DNA of 64,000 bases from Octopus bimaculoides (lineage: Eukaryota): contig NC_068985.1 of the NCBI RefSeq assembly GCF_001194135.2, positions 40,013,793-40,077,792 of the forward strand. The letters run 5' to 3'. The notes beneath the pieces were generated by a model. It had not been told where the DNA came from, did no database searches, and saw only the letters and a list, made by a program, of their open reading frames with translations. Each line of letters begins with the position of its first letter. Position 1 is the stretch's first letter. Shown piece after piece: positions 25,790 to 40,251 of this stretch. A program made the position numbers and the translations under genes.

Positions 25790-28700
25790 TGTTGGAAGCA
25801 AAGTCATCAAGTGCAGAGAATATTAAGTAATTTATTTAATTGGTTAAAATAATAACCACGAAGCCTTTTAACAGTCACAAAAGTAGTCCTATAGAGATCA
25901 AACTAAAGTTGCATAATCCTAGTTGACAATATTAAAATGAGATGTTCTAAGGGAGATAACCGATATCAATCATTCAATTTTGTTTGACATTTTTTTTACA
26001 TCAAAACTTTTGATCACAACTCGAAATTTATTTGATGAATTGAAAATAATCCAACTCGTGTCAATTACAAAATAAATACCACATACATATATAAAACAAA
26101 ATGTTGGACCAATTCTGCTACTGAATATTAGCAGCCTGCCACAGCTCACAACAGAAGCAAAATTCTGTACCTGAGAAATCTTTCTGCATGCTATCAAGCA
26201 ATATGCATAGCATTTACTGCAATGCCTCTATCTACACACATAGCAATTGCTGGGCTACACGTACCAAGATATGTTGTGTTTTACACAGACAGGAAAGAAA
26301 GAAGTCAGGTAGAGTTGCCATCATTAACCTTGTTGTCACATTCAAAATGTCTGTAATACACTTGTAGTACACACAGCAACTCAATATGTACAGCATATCA
26401 TAGACCTAACATCTCAAATGACAATGGTAAATTTGAGAAAAACTTTAGAATAATCTAAGAAGTATTAACTAAACTAGATCATGGGTGACTTCAACTTCCC
26501 AAACATCAAATATCTTGAAAACAACATACTATCAGGAAGATTATGTCATGAACAAAATCTTGGTCTCACTAAAAACGATGTTCATAGAACAAATAATACT
26601 TTACCCACCAGGAGCAACAACATTTTAGTCTTAATCTGCAGTTTGAAGTGATGTCAAAGATTTTCTTAGATCATAACAATAGAATTGACAATTATGATTG
26701 GAAGCAAATCAAAGATGTGTAACCCTGTCCAACCTAAACTTCAACAAAGCTGATAGGAAATCATTTCAAAAAGATATCCTGAAACAAAACTGGCCCAGAA
26801 GTACTCCTCTATGCAAGACAATGACATGAAACTTAAACATGTCAATAATGCAAGTTATATGCATTAAATTTGTCCAGAGAGGAGAGCCGATACATGCAAA
26901 GACATTATTCCTAGAGACAGAAGGGACCTTATGAGATAAAGAACAAAGATCATAATTCACTTAAATAAACAACTTAATGACAGAGAGAAATCCCACTTAT
27001 ACAAGGCACTTTCAGAGATTGAAAAACTCAGATTATTTCATTAAAAAGAGAGGGAAATATAAAAATGAACTTCTAAAGTTTTCTACATATGTGCAAAAAC
27101 ATTTGCAGTGTGAGATACACAAATAAATAAGCCTGGTGAGTTGTTCAACACTGCAACTTTACATAAGGGAGAGGCAACCATCAACTCCATTTACATAAAA
27201 GAGGATGGTGTAATATTGGCCACTGATGAGATGAAGTTGAACTCAGCAATAGGCCTTGGTCGTTTTCCAGTGATTCATTTAAAGAAAACACTTGGGAAAA
27301 GAAAGCTCTTGCAAAATCACAGCAGATGCTCTCTTCTGGAGCTTCCCTTGCTTGTGACTAACTTCCCCCCAAATTAAAAGAATATATAATAAGCCCTATC
27401 CATAAAGGAGAACGCAGAGCAGATGCTAAAAATTACCAGACTTTTTCTCTAGGGGACTCTTTAGCTTTGCCAGGTACAAGACAGCCTCTCTAGTGCTAAA
27501 GTTACTACAGTGGTTGATGATATGAAGGGCATCCGGCTATTGAAACCCTGCTGAAAAATGGAACATGTGAGCAAGACATGGTCTCTGACTACCTAAGAGG
27601 CCAGTAACTCCAAATGATGGTGCTTTCTGACTAGGTTACAAGGTCTCAAATACGGTGGAATTCACCTTCAACCTTTCACAAATACTTCATTTCACTGACC
27701 CTAGAAACATAAAAGGTAAAGTTGACCTCAGTGAGATCTGAAATGAGAATGTAAAGAGCCATTTCTAAATATACCACAAGGCATTTTTTTCCACATCCTA
27801 ATGATCCTGCCAATAATATTAACAATAATATCAGCTAATTAATTTACTAGTCCTTTCTGCCCTCTTTCACTTCTCCCATTTCTACTCACAGAGAACAGTC
27901 ATAACACATTACAGGGATAATGGCTTTGCTACTGAAGTTCTGTATGTCAGTGTATAGTGGTAGGGGAGCTCAGAAGATAGGATGGTAACAGGTCAATGGA
28001 GGAGCTGAAGGAGAAAAGGAAAAAAACAGCCAAGAACAACATAGATAGGAAAAGCAAAAAGAGAAAGGAGGAGGAAGTTAAAAAAGAAGTCATATTTTCA
28101 GATAGTTATTATTGTTGGTATGACTTCTCTTACTTCTTCCTTTGAAAACTCTGACTCATTTTGAAGATATAAATAATTAAATACACCAAATTAAAATATT
28201 AATTGAAATAAAGGTGATGGATGGTAGAATCGGTACTGCATTGGCCTAAATGTGTTCTGATATTTAATTGAATATCTGAGTCCAATTATTACAAGAGAAT
28301 AACTTGGCCTTTCCTCTTTCTAAAATAAAGTACCAGCAAAATACCAGTCAAAATATAGGAGCCTTTTTTATTCTTACCCTAAAAATTTCTGGTTGTGTGT
28401 CTAAGAATGAAATGAATTAAAATATTCCAAGAAAGCAAACTGTCACCCAACCTCTCAAGTGTTTTTATTTATTTATTTATTTATTTTTGTCTAGTGGTGA
28501 TGGACAGAAAATCTTAAATTTGTCACCACCAGTTAGTCATCACTAGCTTTAGCTGGGTTCATAAGTCAGCAGCAAAAAAGAACAAGCTAATCAATCATTT
28601 TTTAAATAAAAAGATCCAAAGTTTGTATTCAGTTTCTGTGGTGATTAAGCAATTGAGATGTAAATCTTCTACAGGAGTCTATTAGAGCTAGCTTACTTTA

Positions 28701-31700
28701 CTAAAAGATGCAGCCTTTTACTTACAACTACAGCATCTAATTTAGAGATGCTAGCTGGACTAGATTGGCCCCTCCCACACATACACAAACAGTATCAGTG
28801 ATAGATTATGAACTACTGACTTTCACCATAAATTATGTAATATCCTATTGACTACAGTCATAGATAAGAGCACAAGACTACATAATTTGTAGTATTTAGT
28901 TTCATCTCCCCATATTCTGCAATCATAGTTCCCATTAGAATTCATAGATTAAATACCAGTGACATAAAGATGCTGTACTTAGTTAACTATGACCCTCCAC
29001 CCTTATAAAAAAAATTACCATTTTACCTAAATAAAATATTTGATGATCTACTATAATTATTGCTCCTAAAAAACCCACTACCATCACCATTTGCAGCTAC
29101 AACCATTAGTTTCACTATTGTAGAGCATTAACCCAACAATTATGATACTTAAATTGACTGATTGGTTCAACTTACTCTAAAAAATAGGTCTAGTGCCTTA
29201 GAAACAGAACTCTCCTCATCATCATTATATTATCATTATATATTATTAATATATTTCAAATCTTGCCAGCATCATCTTTGCCTTCAACAAAATAAGTAAC
29301 AGCCAAGCATTAAGGTCAGTTAATTGACTCCACCTTTCTCTAACATTTGTGACCTGTTAGAAATACTTAACTTTATTATAATAGGAAGGGTAGTAGTAAA
29401 ATCTGTAGTAAAACATTAAGACTTGCAGTATTTCATAATGTGCTTCTACATTCTGATTTCAAATTCTGCTAGGGCCTACTTATTCTCATTTTATACTTCC
29501 CAAGTCAATAAAATAGGCACCAGTTAATTACTGGAGTGGATTAAAGTAGAAAACTGTAGACTTGTGTCTATATTAGAAATCATTATGATTATCATTATTA
29601 TTATTGGTTAAGAGTAGTGAGTTAGCAGAATCATAAGCATGCTGGACACAATGCTTAGCAGCATTTCTTCTGGTTTTGTGCTCTGAGTTCAAATTCCACC
29701 AAGGTCAACTTAATCTTTCATCCTTCTGGAGTCTATAAAGTAAGTACCAATTAAGCACTGGGGTTGATGCAATCGACTGTCCCCCTCCCATCATGTTCAG
29801 GCTATGTGCTTATAATAGAAAGCATTATTGGTTCAGAAAGTGATGGAATGGAACAACTGGAGTTCTGGACCAGGTACCACTCAGTATTTCAGTGTTATTT
29901 TTCTACATTCTGAGTTCAAACTTTGCCAGTGTCAGTATTGCCTTTTATTGCTACAAAGTCGATAAAATAAGTGCTAGACATACATTATAATAATAATTCA
30001 CTATATACCAGACAGCAGAATTGGGAGAGTGGTGAACAAACAAAATTACTTAATTTCTTAAGTTCAACTCTACTGTTCAGTTCAGTCTTTTGGGGTTTAT
30101 AGAATAAGCATTAATTAATCAGGCATTGTGGTTGTTTAAAGACCAGTTTAAATTGTATGAAATATGAATATCTTTGCCAATAATAATGGTAATGATAATT
30201 GATTATTTGGTCATAACTCTTCCCCAAAGTATATGGCTTCATACCAATATTAGAAATACATATTAGGTATTACATGCTATAGGAAGAGCACAAGACAACA
30301 TGTTCTGCAGTATTTAGTTATGTTCCTTTATGTTTTGAGTTCAAATCTTGCACCAAATTTTGGTGTTCATTAAAATAGACAATCGAACCAGCTAGCTATT
30401 GACTGGTGTTATTCATATCTCTGTGAATTTATGTGGCACAGAAGATGTGAAAATTGTAATTTGTTTGAGAAATTGATTGAATGTATTTCTAACTGGCTAT
30501 ACTCTCTCTCAAATTCTGTGGACCTTGTGTTAATGAAATTTTTGGTGGTATCTCTGTTTACATTTCACAGCATGCATACTGGTGTTTTTATAAATTAACC
30601 GAGTTTGAACAAGAGACATGAAGTTTATATCCCATGAGAAACATGTTCAGAATGTTAGTTGTTCTCCAGAGTGCAATTTTCTGCAACTGCTTGGCATGTG
30701 GTTTGACTGGAAACTACAGGCAATAAAAACTGTGTCCATTTTTATCTTAGTGTTTCACATTCTTTTGATCAATGTCCACATTCTTTTGATATTATTAGTA
30801 GCATTTAGTATTTGGTTATAGTCTTGAAAGTTCTGAGTTCAAATCTCAGGGAGATTATCTTTGTTTCTCATCTTTCTGGGATTGATGAAAAAAGCACAAG
30901 ACATGTATTGGGGTTGATATAAATGACTATACCCCACCTGCAAATTTGAAGTCTTTTGCTTATATAATAAATTATTATTATTTGTACTAGTTTGAAGGCA
31001 GTAAACAGACATGACAGAATACTTGACAAAAGGATTTTTAGTTAGGTCTCATCCCTTTACTTTCAAAGTTCAAATCCTGCTGAGGCAGACTCTGCCATTT
31101 GTCGTTCTATAGTTGATAAAATACAGCACCAGTTTACTGACTTTATCTTTCACTCAAAATGTGTGCCTTTGAGGAAAATTTCAAAATATCATCAATGTAA
31201 AGGTGGGGATAACAAAATTGGTAGAACACCAAGAAACAAAAGTTTTGTAGTATTTAGTTACAGTTCTTTCTCCTGCTGGAGTTAGCTTTGTTTGACATGA
31301 TTCTGGGTTGTTAAAATAGTACAAAGTACTGAGATTGATAATAATTAGCTACATGACTTGCTTCTAAATTTCTGGTCTTATAAAACAATTTAAGAAATTA
31401 AAAGAAAAAATAGAATATTACTCTTATTAAAAAAAGAGTACATGCAAAATTCGTAGAGTACCAAACAAAACACACTCTGGTATTTAGTTTTGCTCCTTTA
31501 CATTGTGTTCAAATTCTTCTGGGATGAACCCATTTGGAGTTGCTGGTGTTTTTTCTCCAACTCCTCTGAGACTGAGCAGACCTCTGATCAAGGACATTCC
31601 AGTCATGACTATCTTTATCTTTTTAAGGATATCTAAGATAGTATTATCCAATGTACCCTTCTAGTCTTTTAAGATGTGATTTGAGAAGGATTTGGCTACT

Positions 31701-31871
31701 ATTTCTAGTAAATTGAGCAACTACAAATAAGTTTCCACACTGGCTTAAAACAAGAACCAGGCAATTATTGAGATTGATTTTAATAGACTCTATTATGACT
31801 CTACCAGTCTAATACAAATTTAGGGCTTTTTGGTTTTATGATATTTCAGGGTCTTTCAGATAATTTACTGC

Positions 31872-31911
<40 letters not shown>

Positions 31912-34900
31912 CTTTGCATATATGTGTACACAATAATTTAAAACTGACTAGACATTATAACTATTTGAAGAGATTTCTATATATAATCCAGTGGCAATGG
32001 GTTATTAATATATTTCTATGGCAACATGGATTAGTGAAGTTAATTTCCTCAGCTGCAAACTGAAACATCCTGCATATTTGAATACTAACATTATGCAATC
32101 ATTCTTTACTTTTTTCCTTCCTCTTCCAACTCTCTCTCTCTCTCTCTCTCTAGTCCATTCTTCCTCAGTCTTTCTCTTTCTTCTGTTTTTCTTCACAGCC
32201 TGCCTCTCACTCCATCCCCTCCACCCTCCTCTCTTGTTCCCTGATTCTTGGTTTTCTTCTCTTTTTTTACTTTTATCTCATGTCTCTCCTTTCTCTCTCT
32301 CTCTCTCTCATATGGTCAAATACCTCACATTTTACTACAATGAATTTTAGAAATAGTTTCCCTTCCTTATCGCCTTTGATTGTTTCTTTCTTTCTCTTCA
32401 TTCCATCCCCTAACTCAAACCTTGCACAACCATTCTATACATATTTGAACAGTGAGGAAGACATGCACTACACACAGAAAAAAATATTTAAGAATGTAAA
32501 TAATATTTTTTTGGAGAACATGTTTTCTTCCTAAAGTTTTCATCTAACATAATTTTAATTCTAATCTACAGTTTCTAATGTTATTGTAATTTAAAGGAGT
32601 GTAACATTGATAAGAGTGGTATGGATATTGTTAGTAGTAATTGATGCTGCTGTTGGTATTTCTGGTGATGCTGGTGTTGATGTAATAAGTGGAAATGGTG
32701 GTGTTAGAGTCGGTATTTATGCTCTTCTGGTGGTGATGTTGGTGATAAAATTTTGTTACCTCAGCTTAACAGATTTAGTTCTCAGATTTTTCTAAAAGGA
32801 GGGCATGTAAATAGGGTTCCTATTAGAAATCCAATAGAGAAGTTGGTGGTTCATATTTTTCCAACAGTACTGGCCCCCATTGATTCTTGAACTTACCTAA
32901 CTTCTCTCACAAGTCACAAGTGCAGTGAATCAAATACTACAAACACTTACAAAGTACTTTATGTCATCTTTTATATATTTCAGCCATTATATTGAGGCCA
33001 TGCTGGGGCAGCACCTCGAAGGGTTTGGTTGAACCAATCGACAACAGTCCTTATTTTTTAAGTTTGATACTTATTCTACCAGTTTCTTTTGTTGAACTGT
33101 TAAGTTAAAGGGATGTAGTTAAACCTTCCACACAGTTTCCTTCAACCAAAATTCATTCATAAACCATTGGGCTATAGAAGACACTTGCCCAAGGAGCTGT
33201 GCAGAAGGATTGAAATTGAAACCTCATGGAAAATTTTAAAAAAACAAGAAAAAGAAGAAAAGGTGAATAAAAAAAAGAAAAAGAAGAGACAGTGAATAAA
33301 AAAAATGATCTAGTCTGTTTGGTTGCCAGCATTAATTTGGTTCAAATTGATTACATATTCAGTGTAATGATACACCTTTATAGTCTAATGAATTATGTAT
33401 TTTCACTATAAATCAATAAATAAAGAGTTATTAGCAATTAAAGTTTGAAAATTTTGGTAATTTTAGCCAATCGTAAGCCACAGACACATTCATGCCTGTT
33501 TCCATAGTAACAAGCTGAACATAGGAACTATTTTGTCTGCAAGAAAACATGTGCCTGTTTCCATAGTAATAAGGAAACCATGTAAAAGGAAGAGGCATGC
33601 TATGTGTACAAAAAGACGTCATGGGAACATGTACTGTCGATGCTGGCACTGAGAATGCATGGAGTCTGTGTCGGTGAGGAAAGACACATGATTTGAAGGT
33701 GGTACCTTTCCTCTTAGGACTGTAGTGCTCTTCCTTTACTCATCGGTTAAGGAATTGACTTCAGTTCGGTCTTGTGTTGAAGAACTGGGGATGAGCTGTA
33801 GCACAGCCATTGATGATAACAACTATGTTAGAGAAATATGTGCGAAGGACTTGCTCCATCATCCAATTCAAGTTGGTGGGCCTGGAAAGATTGCTGAGAT
33901 CGATGAAACAGTTTTCTGAAGCCGTAAGTACAACCGAAGAAGGGTCCTACCTGAGCAGTGGGTTTTGGGAGGAGTGTGTTGCTAGACCAGACAAGTTTTT
34001 CTGTATGTGGTACCATGTTGGAATCATGACACACTGAAAGAATGCATACATCACTCACTTCTTCCAGGAACCACAATTTCCAGCAATTTGTGGAGGGCGT
34101 ACTCACACATTCCTGAAATTGATGGTTACAATTTTGAGCATGAAACGGTGAATCACAGCATTGGGTTTGTTAACCCGAGAGACGGTACCCACATTCAACA
34201 AGTGGAAAGTAAATGGACCTCTGTGAAGCGAGGTAATGAACGATGCTGTGATACTCGCCATTCTATGGTAGATTCATATCTCTGTGAACTTATGTAGCAC
34301 AGAAGATATGAAAATTGTAATTTGTTTGAGAAATTGATTGAATGTATTTCTAACTTTCATTTTTAATTTTAAAAATATTTTCTAAATTTACTGCCTAATG
34401 CATGCTTAAATGTTTGCTTTTTTTAAGCATATTTTGTTCACTCTTTTATTTTCATATATAACATATAAACATGTACATCTTTTAGAACATTGTCATTTTA
34501 TAAGAGTTTGCTGGCAAATTTTTTAATTAACGGAAACATTTATTTACATGAAAGAAAAATACTGGAGAACTTTCATCTAATTCTTCCAAATCTTTCTATT
34601 AAAACTGTATTGAAACCATGTAACATGTTTCCACATTTGCATTAAATGCATGTTGAATGCTTAAAACTACAAAATATGTGTTGTTTACTCATTTCTTTTT
34701 GCCACCGAGGTGGTTGTGAGGTGAGCTAAAAATAACAGCTAAATAGCGTTTTTAGGCTAAATCTTTTAAGTTTGTGCTATTGCAATGCTTAAAACTACAA
34801 AAGACATGTTGTTTATGCTTTCTTGACAACACATGCTATTTTCTGAATGTTTACGACAAAATGTACAGTCACGCACAAAATGATAGCTTCCAAATACTGT

Positions 34901-37589
34901 TTCCTGACTGGGTGAAAATAAGCAAACTTTAAACCTCTATGACTTTTTAAAAACGTTTTTCTGGAAAAAGTGAAATAACTCCAGCAATTCAGCTTGGAAA
35001 AGTATATTATTGTGCCAAATTTTATAATTTTCAATAAACTTTTATTTTTGAAATGCTGGAAACCAACATACTAAAAAAAAATGTAGCAAAATGAAAAAAA
35101 GAAAGAAAACAATAGAAGAGAAAAAGGAAAGATACAAAGTTTTTAGAAAAACAATATAGAAAAAAGAAAAAGAAAGTTTACTTTGAATTCTGGGCTTTGA
35201 ATGAATAGAGTGCTCTTGCTTTTCCCTGGATTTGAAAGCCTCTACGGCGCTCAGGAGGTACACTCAGTGTGCTAACCACTTCTTCAAACCTATCATTTGG
35301 TATTGGAGATTTCTGGGATGGACTGTAGGAAAATAAACAAGCAATCAATCAAAATAAGTTAGAAAATAAATAAATACATGGAAGAAAAAATTTAGCAAAC
35401 ACCATACTACAATATTTAGGGAAAGGGTTCACTCCATTAAATCAATCTTCTGACTACTCAGAAGGGTAAAAGGCGAAATCACTTTGAATGTCAAGGGATG
35501 TAACTAAATACTACAAGGCATTTAATCCATTGCTCCATTGATTCTGCCAATCCAATAATCTTTAATAAAGAAAAGAATAATAATACTGATAATAACAATA
35601 ATAACAACTGGAATATTAAGAAGAGGAGAGACAAGAAACCTGCTGGAAAAAGGTCAAGAATCGATGGTTCATCATGCTGTAATGGGGGGGAATCAACGGT
35701 CGAGATTTGTGATTTATTCTGATTTTAACAATTCGATCATCTCAACTTACTGATCACATATACACATTTTATCTACTTTAGATAGTAGTAACAGTGATGC
35801 CATTAATATGGACAGTCTCTGGAAATCTTAAATCACAATAGAGTAGTGAGAAAAACACAGCAACCACCATCTCAAATGATAAAGATTGATTTCTTCCATT
35901 GGTACCAAGATCATACATTTTAAAGGTGGTGGTGGTGGTGGTGGTGTTTATAGCTGAATGAATTAATTCTTCAATATATTACTAATATTAAGGTGGCAAG
36001 CTGGCAGAAACGTTAGCACACCAGGCAAAATACTTAGCAGTATTTTGTCTGTCTTTATGTTCTGAGTTCAAATTCTGCCAAGGTCGACTTTGCCTTTCAT
36101 CCTTTCAGGGTCGATAAATTAAGTACCAGTTGCATATTGGGGTCAATTTAATTGACTGGGCCCCCTCCCCTAAAATTTCAGGCCTTGTGCCTAGAGTAGA
36201 AAAGAATATATTATTAATATTAAGGAGGTGAGCTGGCAGAATTGTTAGCACACCGGGCAAAATACTTAGTGGCTTTTCATCCATCTTTACATTCCGAGTT
36301 CAAATTCTGTTGAGGTCAACTTTATCATTCGTTCTTTCAGAGTACATAAAATAAGTACCAATTGAATACTGGAGTTGATACAATCGACTTAAATCCTCCC
36401 CGAAATTTTCTGACCTTGTACCAATATTTGAAACCAATATATTTACTCTTTTACTTATTTCAGTCATTTGACTGCAGCCATGCTGGAGCACCGCCTTTAG
36501 TTGAGCAAATTGACCCCAGGATTTATTCTTTGGAAGTCTAGTACTTATTCTATCGGTCTCTTTTTGCCGAACCGCTAAGTTACAGGGACGTAAACACCAG
36601 CATCGGTTGTCAAGCGATGGTGGGGGGACAAACACAGACACACAAACACACATACATATATATATTTATATATATATATACGAAGGGTTTCTTTCAGTTT
36701 CCGTCTACCAAATCCACTCACAAGGCTTTGGTCGGCCCAAGGCTATAGTAGAAGACACTTGCACAAGGTGCCACACAGTGGGACTGAACCCGGAACCATG
36801 TGGTTGGTAAGCAAGCTACTTACCTTACAGCCACTCCTATTTCACTGAATTGGGCAAATAATGTATTAATTTTTTTTAAACTGGCATATTGCCACCAATT
36901 TATAAAAGTGGGTTATAGTCACTAGATTGACACTAGTACATTACTGGTGCTTATCTTATCAACCCCAAAGGGGAATGAAGAGGAAATCTTCCCTGGCAGA
37001 ATACAAACTTGAAATGTAGACAAAGGAAACTAAAATTTAGTTTTGTACATTTTGGATAGTAGACTTAATATGTTACCTAGTTTAACCCCACTACTTGGCT
37101 CATGGATGCTGTTAGAGGAGTCAACTGTTGCAAGCATTTAAGCCAGGCCTCTGGTCTGAGAATAACTTCCTTCTGTGATTAGTGTCTTGGGAAGTGTTAT
37201 CTAAAAGTTGTCTAAACTTTTGTTACTTCATTACACCATTTAGAAGATGACAAGACAGTGAGAAAATGGATGGACATATAATTAATAAATGGAACTAGGT
37301 CAGCAAATACATATAACCAGACAGGATGCTGTGGAACATGGAAGATAATAGTAAGGATTATTCATGAATCCTATCTGTGATAATCTGCAAAAAGTAGTAA
37401 TGATGGATAACCAGATAGCACTGATACATCACAGAGAACAAAATAATTAAATACAAAACAGTCATGACCGATTTTAACACTGAATAGTTTAACTTTCAAC
37501 AAGTAACAATAACTTGATAGAGAGTAAGTTAAAGAAAAGAAGATATTAGTTGAAGTCTCTTTAGTTTAGTACATCTAATGTGTGTATGC

Positions 37590-37626
<37 letters not shown>

Positions 37627-39688
37627 TGTGTGTGTGTGTGTGTGTATGGGTGTGAATGTGTGTGCATATATACTCTTTTACTTGTTTCAGTCATTTGACT
37701 GCAGCCATGCTGGAGCACCACCTTTTAGTTGAGCAAATCGACTCCAGGACTTATTATTTCTAAGCCTAGTACTTATTGTATCGGTCTCTTTTGCCGAACC
37801 GCTAAGTTACGAGGATGTAAACACACCAGCATCGGTTGTCAAACGATGTTGGGGGGACATACACAGACACACAAACACACACATATATACGATGGACTTC
37901 TTTCAGTTTCCGTCTACCAAATTCACTCACAAGGCTTTGGTTGGCCCAAGGCTATAGTAGAAGACACTTGCCCAAGATGCCACACAGTGGGACTGAACCC
38001 GGAACCATGTGGTTGGTAAGCAAGCTGCGAGTATGAATGTACAAGTAAGTGTATCTATATGTATACATGGATATACATAGTGATGGTGATGCAACTGTCC
38101 GAAGACGAAAATTATGAGTATGTATATATATATCCAAGAATGACTCATGGGACTTTATTGGAAAGTAAAGTAGAGCAGAAATCAAGTAACAATGGGCTCT
38201 TGTGTTATTCATCTATACCAGTCATGAGCAAACTGTGGTCCACGAGACTTTCTGAATGGCACACCTAACGAAAAATTACCACAAATATTTTTTAGTAGTG
38301 CAGCCCACCTGATGATGAACCATGTCTTCTCAAAAAAGGTTGCCTGCACTTTACCTATGTCAATCCGAGTTCACAAAGAATTGGAAAATTAAGTGCTGGA
38401 ACATAAAAGGGGAAAGGCCTATCATTATATCTATAGATTGTGAAGGCAGTGAGCTGGCAGAATCATTAGCTCACCAGGCAAAATGTTTAGCGCCATTTCA
38501 TGTCTTCACACTCTGAATTCAAAATTTACCAAGGTCAACTTTACCTTTCATCCTTTTGGGGTTGATAAAACAAGTACTAGTCAAGCACTGGGGTCAACAA
38601 AATTGACTTATCTCTGCCCCGAAATTGCTGGCCTTGTGCCAAAATTTGAAATCTTTATATCCATAGATTGTATATTATATCCACTTTAGTAAATACTGGT
38701 AAGTCTGAAGGAAGAATGTTTTAAGAGTTCACACACGTATGGTAGATGCAGTCATGTAATTCTGGCTTTAGTCACACAGCGTGGCACTTTGTGCAAGTGT
38801 CTTTTATTATTAGGCTGAACAAGGCCTTGTGAATGGAATTGGCAGATGGGTACTAAGAAAAAAAAAACTCACCATGCATGTATGTGTATACACACATACA
38901 CACACACACACATTATATATGTATGTGCATGTGTGTGCGAGTCCCTTTGTCTATTCTCAACACATTGCCTAAGTGAAATGGTGTCTTTGTTTGCATTCTT
39001 TGCTAAGTGAAATTCCAATTGTGATGTGTGCATGTCAGTATCCTCATCATCATCGTTTTAACATTCATTTTTCTTTGCTCGCATGGGCCAGAATTTTTTG
39101 AGATATGGCCAGATATATATGCACCTACACATGCATACATGCACACACACACACAAGGTTCTTTCAATTTCCATCAATCAAATCCTACTAATAAGGCTTT
39201 GATTGAGTAGGGAGCTATAATATTGCCCCAAAGTGCCAGGCATGGCATTGAACCCCAAACCATATGGTTAGGAAGGAGACTGCTTAGCCACAACCATTTG
39301 TGCTCACACACACATGCATATCCAGTTACATAGACACATGTTACTGACTTGAAACTAAAATACTAAATGTTCAAACAGACATAAATAATGTTTATACACA
39401 AACATATTAAATAATGGAGAAAAAAAAACAAGAAGGAAGAGAGAGAAAATAGTTCTTTCCATTCACTGGATATCAAATTTGTTCAACATTGAAATAAATA
39501 AATAAATAAATAAAATTGTAACAAATTTTCATACAGCATGAAATTCCTGTTCAGCAAAAAAGACCAATTGTGTATATCTCAATTTAAAGAGTATTAAAAA
39601 AATTAAATAATATATATTACAAATGTGAAAGAATTTTAAGAATTTGTAACAATAATAAAGATAAATAAATAATACAAATGCAAGTACA

Positions 39689-39755
<67 letters not shown>

Positions 39756-40219
39756 AGACAATAATTTGAAAACCAGTTTGGAATATAAAAATCAACATTT
39801 CCAGAGAGGAATGTGAATGAAGCAAGTGCACGTCCAATATCCATGCTGGCCTGGGTAGGACAGTTTAACAGGGGTTGACTAGCTGGAGAAATGTCCAGGC
39901 TCCATTTGTCTGTTATGGCATGGTTTCTATGGCTGGATACCCTTCCTAACACCAATAATTTTACAGAGTGTAGTAGGTACTTTTATGTGGAACTGGCACA
40001 GGTGCTTTTACATGGCACTGGCATAGGTACAGTTATGTGGCACCAGCCCCCATGAGCCTGCAAGATTAGGATCTCTTGGCTGAAAGAGGGATGTAGAGGA
40101 CATACCTGTGTGCTTGGATAGCCATAATTTTACTTAACTTGGCATGCCTTCTCAAGTAAAGCAAACCACCAGAAGTCTTAGTCCCTTGTCATCCCCCACT
40201 CTCTCTCGCATATATATTA

Positions 40220-40251
<32 letters not shown>

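Noticed and set aside
27141-27377. 78-aa ORF with protein-like composition
   Set aside because: It has no recognisable motif or splice context and sits between decayed LINE fragments; it is probably the antisense of a retroelement remnant.
32760-32791. Possible 32-nt poison microexon (ccctccttttAG ... GAG|GTAACA) in intron 3 that introduces a stop
   Set aside because: The donor is weak and there is no conservation evidence. It cannot be told apart from a chance match.
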